Origin: Hormiphora californensis | Lineage: Eukaryota > Animalia > Ctenophora | Direction: 5' to 3' | Assembly (NCBI GenBank): GCA_020137815.1 | Contig: CM035353.1 | Location: 620,001 to 684,000, forward strand | Length of the DNA: 64,000 nucleotides | In this document: one piece after another, positions 56,372-64,000 of the stretch | How the letters are laid out: each line of letters starts with the position of its first letter | Numbering within the stretch: the first letter of the stretch is position 1 | The notes under the pieces: generated by a model | Databases searched by the model: none | What the model was told of the DNA's origin: nothing | Seen by the model: only the letters and a program-made list of their open reading frames with translations | Translations under genes and position numbers: made by a program

Positions 56372-56857
56372 GTTGTGAAACAAAGAAAACTGGGAGGTTC
56401 AACGATAGTTTGCTGGCAGATAGTTCAAGTGATTACCGCTAGCGTGAGACAAAGCCAAGACGCGGTAACACCTCCGCAAACAACCCAGCTCTTGAACATC
56501 TCGACATTTTAAGGCGCGCGCATTGACGCGCAAATCCAGTAGTAGTGCCGCGCAATAAAATAAATAAAACCGAGGCGAACTTCAAATTCGAAATTTTTGG
56601 CTTGCCTTTTTGAGATTTTTGTTTTTGTGACTTTTCAATTTTCATCACCCAAACCGTTAGTTGAAGCTCTGCTGTCAGTGATCAGTGGATTGTCAGCATG
56701 CTGCAGCATTGTGTTCTTTTTATTCTTGTACCAATGTTTAGAAAAATCAATTGTATTTGAGCTTGGGCCGAATGCCGACAAATTCGTCCCAAAAAACCTA
56801 GTGTGTCAGATATCTGAAAAGATAAAAACCATTAACACATTGTAGGAAAGGCCCGGT
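56372..56857. promoter_or_regulatory. Probable bidirectional promoter between the prothymosin-like gene and FAR
   Basis: Head-to-head ATGs 486 bp apart with a central GCGCGCGC/CpG-rich segment. Confidence 0.5.
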
Positions 56858-59800
56858 ATGGATCTGTCAGAGAACTCTCAGGTTTCCCAGTTTTACAACG
56901 GAAAGAACATCTTTCTAACTGGTGGTACTGGCTTCCTCGGAAAATGCTTCATGGAAAAGGTCCTCCGGTCATGCCCGGGTGTCGGCAATATCTACATGTT
57001 GTGCCGAGGAAAACGGGGCAAGACCCCACAGGAACGAATGGATAAGCTCTTTTCGGAGATGCTCTTTGATAATGTCCGCGAGAATTTCCCCGGACAACTC
57101 AAGAAGGTCATTCCTGTGGTGGGGGATGTGTTAGAAAAGGGGCTGGGGCTGTGTGAGGAAGATGAGAAACTCGTCACAGATAATTGCCATGTGATAATTC
57201 ATAGCGCTGCCACCATCCGTTTTGATGATCACATCAAGTGAGTACGAGATCTGAAAATGAAACAACCGGATCTAATTCTGCTAAATAGAAAGAGTTATTG
57301 TGAATTACAGATTTCAATAGTGTGATCATCTTCTAGGTTGTCTCTACAGTTGAATGTGGGAGGAACAGTGAAAATGGTGGAAATCGCCAGAAAAACCAAA
57401 AATCTGATCGTAAGTAACTAGTAGGCCCGTTCGCCCTACGGGCGAATTTCGGGGAAATGGTAGCTGGATTAGGGAACGCTGACATCACCTGCACCATCCG
57501 TTCCTAGCCTATCTCTCACTTTCTCCCTATACTACGTTGTTTTACGCTATGTTGTTGTACGCTCTGGGCTTCCTGACAATGTCAAGGTGCGAATTTAAAA
57601 AATCAATGTCAGGGAGTTTCAGTGCTGTTACAGAAACTCATCACGTGAAAACTTGGCCACTATGTAGCCAATTCAGAGATTTCTATATTCGATTGGAGTA
57701 ATCACCCTTGGGCGACGTTGGGTAAAGCTATCAGTAGTCGTTGATTGGCTCGCTTGAACACGTTGGCGTAATCTGTCATATTCTCTAGCCTGCTCTCTGA
57801 CAGCAGCAGATCTTCCGGACCCAGATGACCGTTGCCGAATAGCGCTTGGGGTTGAAGAGTTAGACATCAGGACAAAAGTAAAAGAATGCACGTGCAGAAT
57901 TGAATTTCCCTTAGTACCCAAAACTGCAACTGGGAGTGAGGTTTCTAAGTTGCTCTAATAATTGCACGTGCAGGTGTAGTTGCTAGGTGATGTAGCACTG
58001 ACAATTTGAATAGTAAGTAGTATGATGTAACTTCAAACGGTTATTATTCCCACTCTCATGAGAGGTCATTTCCTTAGTTCTATGACTTAGTTCTCTTCAA
58101 ATTTGTAAAAGAAGGGAACCCCTACTACCAAAGATGGGGTGATTTGAGGATGACATTTGATTCCATAACTCCCGCAACACATAATATAATATATGCATGT
58201 TACCCACTCATATATAATCCAGTCCTGATGGAAACATCCTCTTTGACATATTACCCTCTTTCTCCTCCAGTCATTTGTCCACATATCTACTGCGTATGCC
58301 AACTGCAATCTAAACAACATTGAGGAGCGGTACTATGAAATGGGACCTGAGTATGATCCCCTGAAGCTCCTTGAGCTGTGCGAGTAAGTGCATCACCCAC
58401 CTTGTTCTACCCTCTCTTTAGCTCTCTCCGCGTGCCGCTAGAGTGAGGAGGGTTAGAACATTCCTAGCCATCACACTGGTTCAATACCCCCCCCCCCCCC
58501 CCCATTGAATTATCACTCCCCTCCCAGGTGGATGGATGAGGATGTAATGGCTGCCATGACGGAGCCCCTTCTGAGGGACAGGCCCAACACGTACTGTCTC
58601 ACCAAGGCCCTCACCGAGGCGTATCTCTTCCAGTATGCCGCCGATCTTCCGTTGGGCATTTTCAGGTGAGATGATCTCATTCATCCTAGACCCGTCACAT
58701 ACAGGTTGGTCCATGAATTACGTGTACGGCTCGTTCCCCGGCCTCATAATTTATGGACCACCCGTCATATATTCAGGAAGTTATCAGCCCAACTCCCCCC
58801 AACAGGCCTAGTATTGTTGGTGCTAGTTGGAAAGAACCATCTCCAGGATGGATAGACAACTACAACGGGCCAAGTGGACTCTTTGTTGCGGTAATATATG
58901 CCACGTTTTGAAACTTATCTCATATTATTAGAGCTTCCAAAACTGCTTTCTTGCTCTCCCTCTCTCTCTCTCTATCTCTCTCTGCTGTTTCTTGCAACCG
59001 GCGTTATCAGTGTTTTATTTATACGAGTGTGTCACCTGATAAATGAGGCGGGACCGGTTCCTCCTTTTTGAAACTTGATAGTACAAGTTTTCCAATTTTA
59101 CTTAGGCCACGCCACTGTACATACATATTTTATCTATTTCAAAATTCAAGACACGTCAGCAACAATATATTTTCTCTCTGTCTCCCCCTCTCTCTCCCTC
59201 TCTCTCTCTCTTTCTCTCTTTCCCCTCTATCTCTCACTCTCTCTCTCTGTCACTTACTACAAAAACATAATGTTCGCAAGAAACATATGGGGAGGCCAAA
59301 GGGTTATGTTATTTTAACACCGTCCGACTCATTGAAAACTGCACATTTCAACTTTAGTCTGGAAGAAGGGCTCTTTAATTTAGGTCTTTGGTTTGTTTAA
59401 CATAACAAAGTGCTGATCTCAACTACTATTTTCAGATTGGCAAGGGCGTGCTGAGGATCCTGGAGGGGGATGTTAATAAAGTAGCAGATATTATTCCTAT
59501 TGATTATTGTGTTAATATGCTTATAGCTGTAGGGTGGTACACATCAACCTTACCGTGAGTAGTAAAACAACGTATATTGTTCAGTAGTACAGGGTGTTCA
59601 TTTTGGATCTTTACAAGCGTTGGGCTTCACCCAGAAAAAAGTTGACAAGATTAGGTCATGAAACTTCATACTTGGACTATTCTATACCCTCATTCAAGGT
59701 TCCTGGGGGTTTTGGAGCTTTAGGACCCTGGGAAGTGTGTTTTTGGCATCAAAACTACCAGAAGGAATTTTTTGCTGGTGCTGAGACTTTGCTAAAATGT

Positions 59801-61335
59801 TTTTTTGGTATATTCTATGTTGATCCTAAAGTTTCATAGAGATTGGATGTGTTTTTCAGACTCAAAATTTCTTAAAAAGTGGCTGGAAAGACTCAATTTT
59901 AGCCGTTTTTGAGCTGTTTTCGAGCCTTTCCAGCCACTTTTATCGAAATTTTGAGTCCGAAAAACACCTCCAATCTCTATGAAACTTTAGGATTGACATA
60001 GAAAATACCAAAAAAAACATTTTAGCAAAGTCTCAGCACCAGCAAAAAATTCCTTCTGGTAGTTTTGATGCCAAAAAAACACTTCCCGGGGTGCTAGAGC
60101 TCCAAAACCCCCAGGAACCTTGAATGAGGGTATAGAATGGTCCAAGTATGAAGTTTCATGACCTGATCTTGTCAACTTTTTTCTGGGTGAAGGCAAACGC
60201 TTGTAAAGATCCAAAATGAACACCCAGTATTTAAGTAGGACATCTATACTAATACTGCCCAATGTGTTGTTTTGTGCGGGGTGCAGGGAAACAGCATCGA
60301 GCAAGGCAACCAATGTGCCCATACACACACCACGGGCAAGATAGTCTAAACTCTGAATAAGTTGATATGATGTAGATCACCCATTATATTGCAGCGCTGA
60401 TTAACACTTTCCTTCCCAGTGTAGAAGACAAGCCTCTGATATACCACTGTACCTCCGGAACCAAACACCCATATACATGGTTTCAACTAGGTTAGTATTA
60501 AATCGTACAAAGCCGGAAACTGGAGAGGAGCTAAGGGCTACCCCATTATTTTCCTCGCTCAAGTCCAATTAGACAACCTATCAGTGCAGCTGTACCGGCT
60601 CACGTATCAGTGCCCAATTAGAAGCAGATTTGGCAACTGGCGCATGCCAGATCACATGCTTGGCGGGGAAATCAGGCAGTATGGCATTATATCGCAATTA
60701 TTCTTGTTTCTTTGTTTTTCTAATTTAGTTTTCTTAATTCTTACTATCCTCATCATTCTATCTCTCTTCCACTATTTCTTACCATCCCTCTCCTTCTATC
60801 TCTCTTCCACTGTTTCTTACCATCCCTCTCCTTGTATCTCTCCAGGAACGTTGATGTTGGAGTTTTTCAGCCAGCAAGAGCCCTACAATGAGGTGTTTAG
60901 GAGGCCTGCAGTTAACTTTGCTACCTCCAAGATGGAGCTGGCCTATTGGAAGCTCATATCTCATACGATACCCGCATATCTGGCTGATGGTGCCGCTAAA
61001 GTATCAGGTAATAGACACACTAGATAGACACACTAGATGTGTGTGTGTGTGTAACCAGTAACAAACAGGATGACCAATAAACCAGAACCTAATAAACATA
61101 AAAAACGAATAGTAATGAAGCTTGAGATGATATATCCGTAGACAAGATTGAATCCATGAAAGATCAGTATTTTTTATAGACTCAGATCCCCCATCAAGTA
61201 TCAAACCTATTATATTTTTTATTGACTCCTAATTTCTCTCCCCCATCAGGTAGTAAACCTGTAATGAGACGAGCCTATGACAAAGTACACAAAGCAAGCT
61301 CAACCTTCACATTCTTTACTAAAAGGGAATGGACG
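56858..61335 (+). CDS. FAR1: Fatty acyl-CoA reductase, exons 56858-57237, 57337-57409, 58271-58383, 58528-58665, 58806-58890, 59436-59554, 60420-60490, 60846-61007, 61250-61335; continues beyond the window
   Basis: [35 protein letters not shown] (YxxxK), RPSIV...PGWIDN.NGP.G and DIIPID. Confidence 0.93.
57418..58025 (-). mobile_element. Non-autonomous Helitron, ~608 bp
   Basis: Minus strand reads A|TCATACTACTTACT ... GCCCGTAGGGCGAACGGGC hairpin then CTACTAG|T. Confidence 0.75.
59590..60227. mobile_element. Tc1/mariner-type foldback MITE, almost entirely palindromic, TA TSD
   Basis: TA|CAGGGTGTTCATTTTGGATCTTTACAAGCG...CGCTTGTAAAGATCCAAAATGAACACCCAG|TA. Confidence 0.92.
60243..60344 (+). mobile_element. 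Possible ~100-bp mini-Helitron
   Basis: A|TCTATACTAATA start, TGCCC...GGGCA hairpin and a degenerate ATAG|T end. Confidence 0.45.
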
Positions 61336-61434
61336 GTAAGTGCTTATGTACAGTCGAACCTCGATTTACTGGGATGCTCGGGGGTAGGGTTTTACGCGGT
61401 AAATAAGGGTTCCTAGTAAATCGGTGTCTGAGTA

Positions 61435-64000
61435 GGGGAGATTCGCCTCAAATGGGATACTTGGTCAAATGGGATATTGGGGTTCAGGGATTACTGTGGG
61501 ATGTGAGTGATTTTCTGACACAGGATGCTGTTCTGATATAATCTTACACCATTCTTATCACGTTCCACAACTCATCTGAGAATTACTGTACAAATTATAC
61601 AGGGGTCCCCTTTGAAAAAAACGGAACTAGAAAGTTCAGTCGAGCTCAGCTCGCTTTCTTATCTTTGTTGTGACTTGTATGCTAGATTTGACCGATCAAT
61701 AGGTTAGTTTAAACAATTTTCATTCCACTCCTGCTATGAATTTAGTGATAAATAACTATCTCATGACTTGATAACTTGATTTTACTTCATGCCTTGTTTT
61801 TGTTTAATGGGATGGTTTGTTGTTCGGCCAAATGGGGTATCCCATTTGACCAAATTTTTGGTATCTCATTTGACCAAAAATTTACTTTTCTTTAATTAGA
61901 TTCGTAATGGCAGCGGTTTCACGTCTCAAAAGAACTCGGAAAACCACTAGACAAAGCTGGGACAAAGCTGGGATGAGGAAGGCCATCAAAGCTGTCAAGA
62001 CCGGGGAATGTGGGTACCTCATGGCCTCGAAATTGTACAACGTACCCAAGAGCACCCTGGAACGGAGGGTGAAAGGACAAAACAAATTTGCAGAGGGGGC
62101 GATGAAAATTATGGGGAGTGGAACTACCATTTTGTCTGCAGATCTTGAACAGGAGTTGTGTGATCACATCCTGCTACTGGAGGCGCATTTATTTGGTTTG
62201 ACGATAACGGAGATCCGTCGACTGGCCTACGAGCTCGCAGAGCGAAATAATATCAAGCACAACTTCAGTAAGACAGAAATGGCAGCAGGCTACCACTGGT
62301 ACTACTCCTTTATGGGCCGATTTCCACAGCTATCTCTACGAAAGCCTGAAAACGTCTCTATCGCCCGGTCATTTTCGTTTAGCGAGAGCAAGGTCAAAGA
62401 TTTCTTCAGTTTATACGTCGAGCTTATGGAGAAGCATAGCTTCGGGCCCTCCAGAGTTTTTAATGCAGACGAAAAAGGACTGAGTACAGTTCCTAATTAC
62501 CCACCACGGATTGTTGGGAAAAGAGGAAAGAAGCAGGTCGGAAGTATAGCCAGTGCCGAAAGAGGCACCAACACTACTGTGGTGATGTGTGGAAATGCTG
62601 CCGGGGAGTATGTGCCGCCATTCTTTGTTTTCCCAAGGAAGAAGATGAATCCAGAACTGCTGAGGGGAGCTCCAATGGATAGCAAGTGTTTTATGCAGCC
62701 CACAGGTTGGATAACAACTGAAGGTTTTCTGAAATGGATGAGCCACTTCATTGAGTATGTGGGCTGTACAATGGAAAGGAGAGCGATCCTCATCCTCGAT
62801 GGCCATGTCACCCACGTGAAGAGTCTGGCTGTGGTTGAACTAGCAAGAGCAAATGGCTTGACCATGATAGCCCTACCCCCGCACACAACGCACAGGATGC
62901 AGCCATTGGATGTTACTGTGATGGGACCTTTGGAGACCGGATTTTCTGTAGCTTGCAAGGATTGGATGAGGGCACATCCGGGTGAAGCGATAACGATCTA
63001 CCGCATTGCAGAACTCTTTGGAAAGGGGTACGAAAAAGTCGTCAAATCGGACAGCTTAACCTCTGGGTTTGCCAAATGTGGGTTGTGGCCGGTGCAACCG
63101 ACCGTTTTTGATGGCATGTTTACTACTGCTCATCAACAGCCCTCTACAGAAGGTGGACCAGACCAGTCTGATTCTGAACTACCTCCATCAACACCACCAC
63201 AACAGCAAGCAGATGACTACGCGGAGCAGAATCCCAGCAGCACCAAGCCAAGTGACATCATCCCGGTGCCAGTCATCACCGAGAAGGCCAAGAATCCCAG
63301 GAGAGGTGGTAGGTGTGGGAAAGCAGCAGTCCTAACCGCAACCCCGTACGTTCAGGAGCTGAAGACAGAGGAAGAGAACCGTCAGCTGAAAGAATTGGTC
63401 AAGGAGCTGAAGAGAGAGAACAGAGATTTGAAGCGGACTGTGAAAGAGACAAAGAAGTCGCAAAAATCGAAGAAAAAGTCAACGAAAAAGAAGAGTCGTG
63501 ATACAGAATCTGCCGATTCTGATGAGGAACAGGGTACCCCAGGAAATCCAGAAAACATACGCATTGTCAACAACTATGTTAGATCCCGACCGACCCGTGA
63601 GAAGAAACTTAAGGCGAAGAAGGAGTTGTTTTCATCTGCCGGACCAACTGACGATAAAATTAAAGAGGAACCGAGCTGCTCAACTGGCGATGTCACTGGA
63701 ACAGAAGTAGCTGATGCAGTCTGTGGAGATTTCGTTCTGGTGCGATTTGATGACGTATACTATGCTGGCTACATCATCAACATAACTTCCGACCAGGTAT
63801 TAAATTTATTTTAAAACGCTTGCCATGCTAAATTTTCGTATTAACTGCACAAGGCCATCTGTTTAATATGTCTTTTCCTGTCACAGGAACGGGAGATTAA
63901 GTTTCTGAGGAAGGTTGCTGTGAGATCCCCTTCTAAGACGAAGATAAAGTTTGTATACCCAACAGCTGATGACGTGAAAGTGGTTGAACTCGATGACGTC
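61435..64000 (+). mobile_element. pogo-superfamily DNA transposon (right end outside the window), inserted into a Tigger-like MITE that starts at ~61351
   Basis: TA|GGGGAGATTCGCCTCAAATGGGATAC with repeated CAAATGGGATA motifs, followed by a transposase. Confidence 0.85.
61907..64000 (+). CDS. pogo-type transposase (HTH-psq, CENP-B HTH, DDE_1; DD36D); exon 61907-63796, intron, exon 63887->64000
   Basis: YNVPKSTL, FNADEKG, LILDGHVTH and QPLD, with 36 residues between D2 and D3. The phase-0 GT-AG intron restores an open frame. Confidence 0.92.

Overview
Gene-dense, MITE-rich eukaryotic DNA, most likely a ctenophore (Pleurobrachia/Hormiphora-like). That assignment is an inference from two copies of a 36-nt motif that matches, from memory, the ctenophore trans-spliced leader (SL). 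Genes reconstructed exon by exon: SZRD1 (-, with a partial 3' duplicate), CDK12/13 (-), a secreted F-type-lectin gene nested antisense in a CDK12/13 intron, NUBP1 (+, inside a 4.3-kb tandem duplication that is probably an assembly artefact), AHCTF1/ELYS (+), an LDLa-containing GRL101-like GPCR (-), ARL1 (+, with a same-strand nested membrane-protein gene), a UCHL3-like gene (+), a prothymosin-like acidic protein (-) and a fatty acyl-CoA reductase (+, runs off the window). Mobile DNA includes CR1 and L2-like LINE fragments, an intact pogo-type transposase, Helitrons and many MITEs. Scattered 1-bp frameshifts in conserved genes suggest unpolished sequence. The main candidate novelty is the pair of genomic SL copies in already-spliced form (no GT donor, ATG 2-6 nt downstream), which look like retroposed trans-spliced RNAs. 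One heads an AlkB-type 2OG-Fe(II) dioxygenase ORF and the other leads into an L2-type LINE fragment, suggesting SL-capped, possibly AlkB-carrying retroelements. Other highlights are an in-frame array of 19 tandem splice acceptors in the GPCR and a prothymosin-like gene outside vertebrates.
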